Positions 1 to 12,204 of a stretch of 64,000 nucleotides of DNA are shown here, one piece after another. Position 1 is the stretch's first letter; each line of letters begins with the position of its first letter. The notes beneath the pieces were generated by a model. It was not told where the DNA came from and searched no databases. It saw only the letters and a list, made by a program, of their open reading frames with translations. Origin of the DNA: Octopus sinensis (Eukaryota); NCBI RefSeq assembly GCF_006345805.1, contig NC_043005.1, positions 87,792,001-87,856,000 of the forward strand. Reading direction: 5' to 3'. A program made the position numbers and the translations under genes.

Positions 1-371
1 ATTTTTAAGACGCTTCGGCGAAAATTGAAGGAGATCTGCTTGATAATTCAGCAGGTCACCAACCGAACTGACATCTCCTGCGTTGTAGTTTATTGCATTT
101 TCCATTCTAATCAAATAAGTACCTTCGCTTTATTGCAATCAAGCGGTGAGGATTTTTTTCTTAAAATTTGTTTCGATTTCTTTTAAGGTTATTGTGACAT
201 CCAATGGGAAACATTTGCCTTCTTTGGTTTTCTTATTGATCTGTTTCCAATACTGCTTGGTATTTGTTTCAAATAAAATATTCTTACGAGAAGGAAGAAT
301 TATCGGTTAAGATTTTGCAGAGTTCCCCAAGTATTCCTTTGCTTCTAAACTTTTGTCATAATATAATATAA

Positions 372-987
372 GGCGGCGAGCTGGTAGAAACGTTAGCACG
401 CCGGGCGAAATGCTTAAAGGTATTTCGTCTGCCGTTACGTTCTGAGTTCAAATTCTGCCGAGGTCGACTTTGCCTTTTATCCTTTCGGGGTCGATAAATT
501 AAGTACCAGTCGATTTAATCGACTTAATCCATTTGGGGTCGATTTAATCGACTTAATCCATTTGTCTGTCCTTGTTTCTCCCCTCTGTGGTTAGCCTCTT
601 GTGGGTAGTAAAGAAATAGGTATTTCGACTGCCGTTACGTTCTGAGTTCAAATTCCGCCGAGGTCGACTTTGCCTTTCATCCTTTCGGGGTCGATAAATG
701 AAGTACCATTTACGCATTGGGGTGGATATAATCGACTTAATCCGTCTGCTCGTCCTTGTTTGTATCCTCTGTGTTTAGCCCCTTGTGGGTAGTAAAGAAA
801 TAGGTATTTCGTCTGCAGTTACGTTCTGAATTTAAATTCCGCAGACGTCGAATTTGCCTTTCATATTTCGGGGTCGATTGAATAAGTACCAGTTACGCAC
901 TGGCGTCGATGTAATCGACTTAGTCCCTTTGTCGGTCCTTGTTTGTCCCCTCTAGGTTTAACCCCTTGTAGGCAATAAAGAAATAAA
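372..987 (+). mobile_element. tRNA-derived SINE (family S1, tail type 1): one full unit followed by two head-truncated tandem units
   Basis: A-box-like GAGCTGGTAGAAACG, B-box GAGTTCAAATTC, core CCTTTCGGGGTCGATAAATTAAGTACCAG and tail TGTGGGTAGTAAAGAAA. GGTATTTCG recurs at 419, 619 and 803. Many dispersed copies in the window. Confidence 0.9.
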
Positions 988-1208
988 TATTTGGTGCGCT
1001 TGCTTATCTTGTGTGTTTTTTTCATATCTTTATCACTCTGTTATTCTTCCTACATTCGTTGAGTAAGATTTGGTGATGTTTACGGTGAGTAAGGTTCAAC
1101 CGTTACTAGGGTGCGTAAGGATAACCCTTTCTCTCGCTGAACAAGAAGAAATCAATATTTCGCTGGAAAGAAGAGAATGAGCATATAATCATTATCGAAA
1201 TAATCGTA

Positions 1209-1350
1209 GAGAATTCACAGAATCGTTAGACCATCAGAAATAGCATCTTGTGGTATTTCTTCTGGCTCTTTGGTTTCTGAGTTCAAATCTCAGCGATGGC
1301 AACTTTGCCTTTGATCCCTTCAGAGTGGTTAAATTAAAGTACCAGTCAAG
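1209..1350 (+). mobile_element. diverged S1 SINE head and core
   Basis: CAGAATCGTTAG...GGTATTTC...CTGAGTTCAAATC...CTTTGCCTTTGATCCC...AAGTACCAGTC matches the S1 copies. Confidence 0.7.
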
Positions 1351-2189
1351 TATAAAACTTCAACATTAAAAAAGAGACCTTCAGTAATATTCATTTGGAA
1401 GTTTAAAACCCGACGTCGCTAACGGGAATATGAAGGAGTGTAACTAAATAACAGAAAGGCTTTTTGTTCTCGTATATATATCATAAAATTAATATCTGAG
1501 AAAGTCGCCTAAGCCTAGATGAAAATAATATTGCCCGAATTTAGCTCAAGGTCTTTGTTTACGAGGCAACTTGACTGTATATCTGGAGGCGTTCTTTCTG
1601 CTAGAAAAAACCAACCATATTTAGAGTAGGAATTGATGTCAGCATTTTAAAATATGGATAAATGATCTTATTTTTAAGCTGATTGCAGATTATGTACATT
1701 TATGTATCCTATTCGGAGGGAAACCACATCTTTAGAAGAAAACAGAGTAAAGCTGTTAGTCTGGTTTCTTCTTCAGAAAAGCGTCCTTGAAAATGCTCCG
1801 CCCATAGTCTTTCTCCACTTTTGTGATGAAAACCACAACACTTCCTGGGAAATCGTCCAAGAATGTCCTCCATATGTTTATAGGTAATTTTCTTAATAAT
1901 CTGTCAATCAGTGTTTTCGGGATAATTTTGTAAATCGTCTTTCTATTGTTTTCTTATGTAATCCATTAGCCTATCGATGTTTTATTTTATAAAGCTTACT
2001 TGATAACATTTTCGTTTATTTCTGATTTTCTTTCATGTCATTCTGCTTTCCGTTGGTGTTTTATGAGTGATGTCTGTGGGTTTTTTTTCCTTTTTGTTGT
2101 TAGCATTGTTGTAAAAATGGCTGTTACATTATTTATTTCAGGTTTTGCTGTTTATTGCTCTTGTTATTCCACGAGACAATACACTGTTT

Positions 2190-2556
2190 TACAGGAAACT
2201 GGCGGAGGGCAAGCGCAGGAAAGGCGGATAGGAAAAGCGCTTCAAGGACACACTAAAGATCTTTGAGATCAACCCGGACACTTAGTAAATGCAATCACGA
2301 GACTGCCGCATCTGCCGTCAATCCACCAACAGAGGAATCACCTAAGAACAGACCAGGAGAATAGATGTACAAAGAAAAGGCGAACTACGCAAGTACAAAG
2401 CCAACTCCTTGCCTTCGGCCCCAACAGACCACCAGTGCCCGACCAGCAGCAAAGCCTTTCTAGCAGACACAAGACTGATTGGGCACAAACGGACACACCG
2501 TGACCCGTCTTCTTTTCCTATGGGATGCCCTTGGTCATCGTCGACAACAACGGACG
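2190..2556 (+). mobile_element. RTE-clade LINE 3' end (decayed)
   Basis: Broken translation YRKLAEGKRRKGG*EKRFKDTLK...PTDHQCPTSSKAFLADTRLIGHKRTHR (decayed C2H2 finger typical of RTE C-termini), then tail GGTCATCGTCGACAACAACGGACG. Confidence 0.75.
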
Positions 2557-3037
2557 GCCTATTTGTTGTTTCGCTACTAATACTGGTGTAATTATTTTGT
2601 GGGTTTTTGTGTTCTTTCGTTCAGCTTTCTTAGGGGGCAAGAGTGGTTGGGCGTACGCTGGGGCTATGGCATTTTACTCCCTTTGGGGCAAGGGCCCTCA
2701 GGTAAATATTTACCATTTTCCGGGTTCATTTCTCCTCCCATCAGTTGCCTACGAGTCGTTGAGGACAGACTCGATTAAATGTGCGTGCGCATTTTTCGTC
2801 TTGATTTTCTGTTATCATTGGTGCTGTTCTTCATGTTGTTCATACAGTTCTTCACATGTCGGAAGTGGCTTCAGCAGTAAAGGATGCTTTCTGTGCGAAA
2901 GCAGAAAAAAGTACTTCTCATGAAATGGTATTTTCCCCACCATAGTATGGAGAGATTGGAGGCTATCATCACAGAATTACTCACCGAACTACATCCGAAC
3001 AATAGGCTGACTAACTGCGTAGATATGTTCTTGTTTA

Positions 3038-3335
3038 TAAGGTATCCGTCTCGCGATCGTAAGGTCGGCAGTTCGATTTCCAGCAGCGCGTTGTGTCCTT
3101 TATTCCAATTTATTTCACGTTGCTCCAGTCCGCTCAACGAGCGAAAATGAGTTGTACTTGTAATTCAATGGGCCAATCTTGTCAAATTCGGAGTTGCATG
3201 CTGAAACTTCCTCAGATCTGCATTATGGGTACCTGTGTCTGTGTAGTGGTCAATCAGTTGCACGTTGAGTTTACGATCAGACGGTTTTGTTGATCGGATC
3301 AACAGGAACGTTGTCGTTGTAACCAACGGAGAGCC
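3038..3335 (+). mobile_element. tRNA-derived SINE (family S2, CORE-like), diverged
   Basis: tRNA-like CTCGCGATCGTAAGGTCGGCAGTTCGATTTCC, then GCGTTGTGTCCTT...TTTATTTCACGTTGCTCCAGTCC...AAAATGAGT; tail GTCGTTGTAACCAACGGAG. Recognised from memory as a common octopus SINE; single copy here. Confidence 0.65.
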
Positions 3336-4030
3336 GGGCCATACGTACATCTTAGTCTTGTTGCTCAGCTATGATCAGGGGTAGAATTTTAGGGTAGACC
3401 ATCTTAAAAGTTCATTGGGTTCTTGTTCGATTTACAAAAACTTAATTTTAAGCAAAATCCCCTTCATTTTATACCCTACAGCCTGTAAAATTTCAATAAC
3501 CCATTGGATAAATGCGTAACCTGTGGTAAACTTCCAAAGGAAAGAAAAACTGGTCCTGCTTACGTCACACTTAACAATATACCTACCGAGTCATGATTGA
3601 CCTATGGTTAAAAATAACCACAACAATCAACCGCTACAACCCTGCACGTTGAAAATGAACAGTACTCGAGTGTTTTATTCGTTATTAAACATAGACATAA
3701 AATTTAATATCACAAGTGCTTTTTTCCCTTTCTTTTATGTCTTTGCATTTTTCATTATCATTTTTTTTCTCTATAATCTTTATTAATATTCTCAAAGATA
3801 GAAATATTGACAATTTCCAAATACAAGTATAATGACCATTAATTATTATTTTTTCACCGTCTCTCATTATCAGTTTCGAAAATTAACGCAAGACCAATTC
3901 ATTTTAAAACAAATTGCACTATAATTAATTGTCTCAACAAGTAAGAGAGTTTTTTTTTTTTTTGATCACTTTTACCACAACACTATTTAACTGTATGTTA
4001 TTGCTGGAGATTATTCTATATTATTATTAT

Positions 4031-4602
4031 TGAGTGAGAGAGCAGTTCATGCCATCAAAGTGACACTGAGGTAAAATATACGAAGCCCAAAATACCCGTC
4101 ATGACTACCCGTCTTATAAGGGTACACCAGGCACATGCATCACAACCATATGTGCGCGACATGGTGATCTCATAAAAAGATAAACAGCACATGTCCTTGC
4201 AGGTGGGGCCCAGTTAGAATTTTCTTCAGGTCGAGTAGCCCATCCCGCTCAAAAGGTCCATGAATAAGGGTTGTTTAAGGATGTTGAAAGAACCACCCAT
4301 GTTTCCAGAGGTGAACTATTCAAACCCCAAAGAATCCCTCTCAACACATGGCTATGATGCTCCCCAACTACTTCTGCTCGTGATCAGAGATGCACTTATC
4401 GTCAGCCACTAAGGGACATGCTGAAGTGGTTAAAGTCAAACAACTGACAAGCAAATCTGTGGTATTGATGATTCTTTATTTGTCAAGCAAATCTGTGGTA
4501 TTGAGCAGAATATTTGGTGTAGCCCATCTTTTATACCAAGACAAAACAATGTACATGATAACACTTCCAATCAGATAAGATCAGAAGCCATGAGAGCCAC
4601 TC

Positions 4603-4603
<1 letters not shown>
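4031..4603 (-). mobile_element. ~560-bp (AAT)n-tailed non-coding retroposon, copy 1
   Basis: Reverse complement of 56815-57371; (ATT)n on both sides; internal ~35-bp duplication around 4445-4505. Confidence 0.85.
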
Positions 4604-4650
<47 letters not shown>

Positions 4651-4986
4651 TGAGTGAGAGAGCAGTGCATGCCTTCAAAGTGACACTGGGGTAAAATAGA
4701 CGAAGCCCAGTATACCCATCATGACTACCCGTCTGATAAGGGTACACTAGGCACATGCATCACAACCATATGTACGTGACATGGTGATCTCATATCAAGA
4801 TTCCCAGCGCAAAACCTTTCAAATGAGGCCCAGTGAGAATATTTTCTTCAGGTCGAGTAGCCCATCCTGCTCAAAAGGTCTCTGAATAAGGTTTGTTTAA
4901 GGATGTTGAACGAAACACCCATGTTATCAGAAGTGAATTATCCAAGCCCCAAAGAATTCCTCTCAACACATGGCTATGATGCTCCT
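4651..4986 (-). mobile_element. ~560-bp (AAT)n-tailed retroposon, 5'-truncated copy 2
   Basis: Same 3' end (TGAGTGAGAGAGCAG on + strand) as copy 1, separated from it by an (ATT)n tract; similarity stops near 4986. Confidence 0.85.
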
Positions 4987-5065
4987 CCAATATGTCATTA
5001 TTATCATCATCATTATTATTATTATTATTATATTATTATTATTATTAGTATTATTATTATCAGAT

Positions 5066-5230
5066 TGGACGAAATGCTTAACGTTATCTCGCCCATCACA
5101 ATGCTCTGAGTTCAAATTCCGCAGAGGTCGACTTTGGCTTTCATCCTTTCGGGGTCAATTAAATAAGTACCATTTACGCATTGGGTTGATGTAATCCCTT
5201 CCCCCAAATTTGAGGCCCTATGCTTCCTGT
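5066..5230 (+). mobile_element. S1 SINE with an alternative tail, between trinucleotide microsatellites
   Basis: GACGAAATGCTTA...GAGTTCAAATTCCGCAGAGGTCGACTTTG...; tail CCCCCAAATTTGAGGCCCT; (ATT)n left, (ATC)(ATT)(AGT)n right. Confidence 0.8.
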
Positions 5231-5263
5231 AGAATAAATCATCATCATCATTATTATTATTAT

Positions 5264-5325
<62 letters not shown>

Positions 5326-5339
5326 ACAGCAGCAGCAGC

Positions 5340-5370
<31 letters not shown>

Positions 5371-5509
5371 ATGGTGGTGTTTGTGGTCGTGGCGGTCCTG
5401 ATAGCAACTTTGAAATATTGGTACGCCCCTGCTGTTCGTTATATATGAATGTAAACACTGATTGATGCGCAGAAACGTTTTATGATATTTAAATATATAT
5501 TATTATTAC

Positions 5510-5893
5510 AGCAAACATGGTTGTGTGGTAAGACGTTTGCTTCGCAACCATGTGATTCCGGGTTCATTCTCATTGCGTGGAATCTTTGGCAAGTGGTCTT
5601 CTACTGTAGCTTTGGGTCAACCAAAGCCTTGTGAGTAGATTTAGTAGACTGAGTTGGAAGATAGTATATGTATAATGATGTAGTATATGTTTGTGCGTTT
5701 TTGAGTGTATGTCTGTGTGTGCGTCTTTGCGTCGTGCGTTACATAACTGGGACATAGCGGTTCGGTAAAAAAGGCCGATAAAATAAGAACCAGGCTTTAA
5801 AAAATTAGGTACTGGTGTCGATATTTTCGACTAAAATTCTTCAAGGCGGAACTCCATCATGGCCGTCCGCAGTCTAATGACTGAAATATTAAA
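5510..5893 (+). mobile_element. tRNA-derived SINE (family S3) with internal simple repeat
   Basis: Homologous to 20892-21292 and 60305-60695: TGTGTGGTAAG...CCGGGTTCA...CAAGTGGTCTTCTACTGTAGC...GCAGTCTAATGACTGAAA. Confidence 0.8.
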
Positions 5894-6090
5894 AAATATG
5901 TATAAGTTCAAATTTACGCTGTATTGTGCAAAAATTGATTGATTCTCTCTTTACAGAGTCTAAAAGAATTAGCTAAATAAGGTGTGTGATCGGGTTTTGT
6001 TTTATTTTTAGAATGAAAGTCATCGCTTCCTTCAGGTCAACCACGGACAAAACTTTTCGCTTGATATTACAGGCGAGGCCAGGACAAGAC

Positions 6091-6292
6091 AGAGAGCCGG
6101 CAGAATCGTTAGCACGCCGGGCAAAATGCTAAGCAGCATTTCGGCCGTCTTCACGTTCTGAGTTCAAATTCCGCCGAGGTCCGAATTTGCCTTTCATCTT
6201 TTCAGGGTCGATAAAATAAGTACGTTGGGTTCGATATGACTGACTTGTCCTCTATTCGAAATCTGTGGCTTTGTGTCAAAATTTGAGAGCAA
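6091..6292 (+). mobile_element. S1 SINE, tail type 2
   Basis: GAGCCGGCAGAATCGTTAGCACGCCGGGC head; tail GGCTTTGTGTCAAAATTTGAGAGC. Confidence 0.8.
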
Positions 6293-7479
6293 TATTTGAC
6301 GCTAGGCCCCTCTAAAAACTAAAAAATGTACAAACATATTTCGTAGACAAAAAATATTTTAATTCCAACAGAAAATATTAACTATAACCACGAACAAATT
6401 GGAAACTTTTTGAATAGATATCTAACTTGCTTACATTCACCCGAAAACGATAGAAGATAAGTGAACGAGTGAAAAAAAAAACGAAAAATACCTTCTGAAA
6501 AAACAGTTTCTATCGCGACGCTTTGAAAGAAGAAATTAACGAGATTCTTCTGGACAATGGCACTTCTGTGTACCATTCTAGTGACAGCACCATCACTACT
6601 TTTAACACATTCACTTTTAAAATACAGTTAGATTCCAATAATGTCATTTTAAAAAGTAAGATAAAAAAAATAACTCCTGAAATAATTAAAAGTTTAATAT
6701 CTTTGAATCAGACAAATAGAAATAATGGACCGGCTTTTTCTTTTCTTTTCTTTAAATTGGAAGCGGTTTTGCACATATCGCTTGTCTACGTGAACTCGAT
6801 CTAAGATGTAGCAGCAGCTATTTATTAAACCAGGATATCTCTCTGTACTGGAGTGATATAACACCGAGTAAAGAAGAAACTGACATGGTTCTGCTTCTGA
6901 AAATAAGTGGCCACGTCCTCAGTACACCTTCAAAATGTAAATAAAGAAAGCTCTGTCCGATAATGGGGTTGATGTAGTCATCGATACTGAAGGATATCTG
7001 GAATGGTCTGCTCATTTTTCAATACCTATGACAACGTAGGGTGACAGGCCACACTAGTGCACCGAGCCACCGACCATATAAAGCAGTGTGCGTTCCGGTG
7101 CAGAAGAAAGACATGCAGGGCCAGAAGAAGTGTGGCGAACAAGCTCCAAAGGCGGCTGTTTTGACGGGACCACCAGTCAAAGACCGATCGGAGCTCTAAG
7201 AATCGTTGGCATCTGGACACCGTAGTTTTACAATGATAGATAAAAATTTCCTAAGAGGCAGATATTCTCTACAATTTCAAAGTCAATGGCCGAAGTCAAT
7301 CATCGAAGAAGTCACTCAGCGGCGATGTCAATCATCGGCGAAGTCGCACATTTTATACCAGAATTTTGAGGAGGAAACTTACTCATTTATGCTTCCAAAA
7401 GAATGACAGTAACTTCCATATGCTCCAAGAACTGCAACGAGAATACACATCATCTGAATTATAACTTCTAATATTACAA

Positions 7480-7890
7480 TCAAAGCTGGATAATTAATCT
7501 AAGTATAGTTCCTGTTCAGTATATTTCTATACGTATGCCCTGGTGGAAAATGGTGTTCTCTTAAATTATTACTTCTTTAGCTTTAGTTTTTACTGCAAGG
7601 ATTTGATTGACGATTAAATATTCGGTTTCCTATTTCTAATCCTTCCCTAAGTTTTCCCAGAGATTTTTACGTATTTGATCTTATCAGAGAACCCACTATT
7701 TCTACGCGACTCATTCACCAATAAAAGCATCTTGATCGGAAAATAAGAAAAAATGCCCCTTTTACTAATATTGTCAGCCACATTCCTCAAATTATCAGGT
7801 GGGTGATTAGTTATATAAACTAACTTCTCATATATTTTGAGGTATAGTCTAAAACTATCATTGTCCAGTCTTAACGTTGCGCCAAGAAAA
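7480..7890 (-). mobile_element. Penelope-like element RT/thumb relic
   Basis: Minus-strand translation FLGATLRLDNDSFRLYLKIYEKLVYIT-NHPPDNLRNVADNISKR...SGFSDKIKY...HFPPGHTYRNILNRN resembles the PLE motif series FLDVTL..FRPY.K...YI...SNHPP..I.KR...KHFP..H..RKIFNRN. Confidence 0.65.
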
Positions 7891-8292
7891 TTATATGTGT
7901 GTATATACGTCTATAAAATATAGAGAAAGGGACCTAGAGATAAATAAACAGACAGACAGACAGATACATACATACATCGTTGAAGCCTTTAAGTAACAAA
8001 ATCCTTTATAATCTTTAAATATTCTACTAATTTATACTCAATCTTTAGTATAATCTCGCATCTAAACTGTCATTTCTCAGTTCTTTTCAATTTACGTCCA
8101 ATTTTTATATGGTTACATCATCAACAAGTTAAAACCTCTTCACGTTGTTCTCATCCTAAGATTTAACTAAATTGATTAATTAAAATTATTTATCTCGTCT
8201 TAAGATGCCAATTTTCAGATATATTTCATTAAATTGTTTCTGCTTTTTATCTTCAGAATATGTTTTAGATTTTAATCTTCAGGCCAACACAG

Positions 8293-8323
<31 letters not shown>

Positions 8324-8593
8324 TACGTTTATTTATATATATATATATATATATATCTATATATATACACATATATATATATATACATACATACATACAT
8401 ATATATATACATACATACATATATATATATACATACATACATATATATATACATACATACATATATATATACATACATACATATATATATACATACATAC
8501 ATATATATATACATACATACATATATATATATATATAATATATATATATATAATATATACATATCGATAGACAGACAGATAGATAGAAAGAAC

Positions 8594-8668
<75 letters not shown>
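8293..8668. repeat. compound microsatellite (CA)n/(TA)n/(TACA)n with ~20-bp higher-order unit, then (GATA)n
   Basis: Directly visible. Confidence 0.95.
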
Positions 8669-8669
<1 letters not shown>

Positions 8670-8810
8670 TCGCCTTGTTACCAATAATTTATAGTATTTA
8701 CTACAGGCCTCTTACTGAGTCTGTTTCTGCGTTCACTTCTTCTCCTCCCTATACATACATACATACATACAAACATACATACATACATACATACTTTTAT
8801 ACTGCCATAT

Positions 8811-8879
<69 letters not shown>

Positions 8880-8883
8880 TACG

Positions 8884-8916
<33 letters not shown>

Positions 8917-8926
8917 CATATATACG

Positions 8927-8959
<33 letters not shown>

Positions 8960-8969
8960 CATATATACG

Positions 8970-9001
<32 letters not shown>

Positions 9002-9632
9002 ATACATATATACCTATATATATATATATATACATATACACACCCACATATATATATAGATAAATATATATACATACATACATATATATGTATATATATA
9101 TAGAAAGAGAGAGAGACAAATGAAAATACATATACATGTACACACATTTTTGCATAATGTAACGTATGTGTCCATTAATTTTATGTATGTATATACATTC
9201 ACACACACACACACGCGCGCACACACACAAACACATATATTTTTGTACACTACATGTATGTATATATATCTATATATACACCCACAGAGATAACACACAT
9301 ATACACATAATATACAAGATAAATGAGGTATTCGTGTCCATGTGATTTATCTGCGTGTATGAAAACGTAGGAAAGAAATCCATTAGCGTAGATTAACAAC
9401 ACATGACTTCCAACTGAATTCGATAGGCTGAGCTGCCAAGGGAAGGGGGGGCAGCGGAATTGTTGTGGTTGTGAGAATTCCCGTTGGTGGCGTAAATGGG
9501 GTTGGTGATGGTGATGCGAATGGTGGAAATGATGGTGATTGTTATAGTGGGCTTGTTGATGGTGAGCGCTGAGGATAGTAAATGAAATGGGGATGCAATT
9601 GCGTGTATATATGTGTGTATGTATATACATGC

Positions 9633-9676
<44 letters not shown>

Positions 9677-11182
9677 AGTATATTCGCCACCTAAATGTGG
9701 CTGACCCATATGGGACGATGCTACTGTAGTTTATAGCCCTAGGAAGACATTTCCTCCAGCTGGCTAATGACACACTGTCTGTGCCCTATCAAAGGGAAAT
9801 CATTGCTCCCATCCCTAGCATGAAGTGATATACATGGACCCGGGTTTCCAGCTGTTTCCAGGATATTTATTATATCCCTTAATCGGAGACGCTGTGAGAG
9901 GATGGTTAAGAAATAGGTAATTTAGATAAGATATAAAATAGAGAGTGAAGTGGAGGAAATAAAAGAAAATAGATGTGAGATATGCAAGGATATTGCATTT
10001 GTAGATTCATTCTTTTCAAGCAGAATGGTATACATATAAGATTCCAATAACTTATGAGTAAAATCCAATAGTATTTAAAATTGGTCATTCCAAATATACA
10101 GTTTATACAAAGTGTTATTGAATCAAGGGTTTTATTTAAAGTAACCTAAAAATGCGAGTATATTAGTAGTTTCAAATCGAAAACAGGATGAGAGGAATGA
10201 AGAAAGAGAAAAAGAAGAGAAAAAAGAGAGAAGGAAAAGAAACTAAGAAGAAAAATAATAAAATAGCAACATGATATAATAAGAATTTTTAAAAGACAGG
10301 ATAATATAAGGAGAAAATTTAAAAAATAATAAAATAATAAAATATTTATAAAAGCTAGTAAAATGGTAAAAGAGTGTATACAAATAGATACACATATGTA
10401 TATGAAATTCATGCATACATGTATGAATATACGAATATTTATATACATTCATAGATATACATAGGAATAGGACTATATGTAATCTGAAATATATATATAT
10501 ATATATGTGTGTGTATGTGTGCGTATATATTATATAATATCTATATCAGTAATAATTCTATATTCGTGTACACACCGTACAATATGCCGTTTACAGGTTG
10601 TTCACAGTATTCGGCTACCTGATGTCATCAACAGTACTGCATTATATGCCACTTCATTTGCTTCGGGGATTTTTTGTAACCGTGGAGTTTACGATAATAT
10701 AAGTGAATGAAAGATGGAGTTAATGAGACCCTTTATTCACCACAATCTTTTCTATCCATCGTTCACGGGCGATCCGCATTAGCGATACGGTAGAAACAAT
10801 TGCGGTACATCATAGGTGCAGATATGTGTCTGCAGGTAACATGTGAAAAGGTGCCTCACTTTTTACTCGCTGTTTTTTTTTTATTTCTATGACAGTCCAT
10901 TTTAGTAGTAGCGAACTATTTTAGTAGTACAAACAATCGAACGTAAAAAAATAGTAGTACATGAATCGAATAAAATATTATAAACCGATAATAAAATTCA
11001 GTAAAATAAATCGTTAAAAAGTTATAAAAGTCGTCGTACAATCTTGACAAAACAAAAAGAAAACAATCAGATATTCACATATACACATTCATATATATAT
11101 ATACATACATATATATACATATATATATATATGTATGTATGTATATGTATATATATATACATATAAATATATATATACATAC

Positions 11183-11229
<47 letters not shown>

Positions 11230-11285
11230 TATACATATATATATATACACAAACACATACATACATATATGTGTATATATATATA

Positions 11286-11343
<58 letters not shown>

Positions 11344-11890
11344 ATATATACACACACACGTACGTATAAATTCTAATATGAAATTGAAGAAGCCCAAATG
11401 TATTAAACATTATCATCTACATGTACTTAACGCACGTGAACATAGTTTTTGCCGCTAGGCTGCCAGCTGGCGTGGTGAAGAACACTCTCTGAGAGCATCG
11501 GGTGTTAAAACACCTGAAGTTACAGACATGCAAGATAGTTCACCACAAATCAGATGCAGGAATGATGGACATCGATGTTTTCACCATATTTGTGGTTTTT
11601 CATCATCACGTACCCGAACAGGATCGGAGATAAACCATCTCTCTAGTCCATGACTTATGTTCATGTAGCATCAAAGCTATGCACACGTAAGAAAACATTC
11701 AAGTATGAACCACAAGAAGAACTAGAGTAATAAACATTATCAGCTGATAGACTAATATCCCTGTAGACTAACATTATGTGTTGGTAGACTAAGATTTGGT
11801 GTTGTGGAAAACAGGCTCTCAAAGTGCCATGTGGATACCCGTACATAGTTTGCACGCTATATGTATACACGTCGTGGTCTGTCGAAATTA

Positions 11891-12204
11891 TGCGAAAAAC
11901 CTACATATATGTTTCGATCCATACCCCTAGGTGATACATAATACTAAGCATTTGGTCATATGCTAAGAATTGGCCTCATTTTCAGGTATCTGGTGCAGAA
12001 TCTCGTCAGAGTTTTAAGAGCTTGTGTTTTTTTCATGCATCCTTTCAAGAAACATATTAACCTTTGTTCTATAAGCTCCTAAATCCCTGATGATATTCTT
12101 CCCTAGATAGTTGAGAATGCTACTAATTCTTAGCATATGACCAAATGCTTAGCATTATGTATCACCTAGGGGCATGAATCGAAACATATATGTAGGTTTT
12201 TTGC
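11891..12204 (+). mobile_element. fold-back element (arms ~11891-11973 and ~12123-12204) containing a hammerhead-like motif
   Basis: Near-perfect ~82-bp inverted arms; CTGATGA at 12087, GAAAC-ATATAT-GTA at 12181-12194. Confidence 0.75.
12085..12196 (+). ncRNA. type I hammerhead-like motif with ~87-nt stem II (degenerate)
   Basis: CUGAUGA; stem II ATTC/GAAT and CCCTAG/CTAGGG with a U.C mismatch at the closing pair; palindromic stem III ACATATATGT; GUA site; stem I only CC/GG. Confidence 0.45.

Noticed and set aside
3147-3230. Wnt-like peptide CTCNSMGQSCQIRSCMLKLPQICIMG with the Cys spacing of Wnt CxCHGxSGSCxxxTCWxxLP
   Set aside because: It lies inside the S2 SINE body, lacks the invariant H, G and W residues, and has no flanking Wnt exons or splice sites; judged a coincidence
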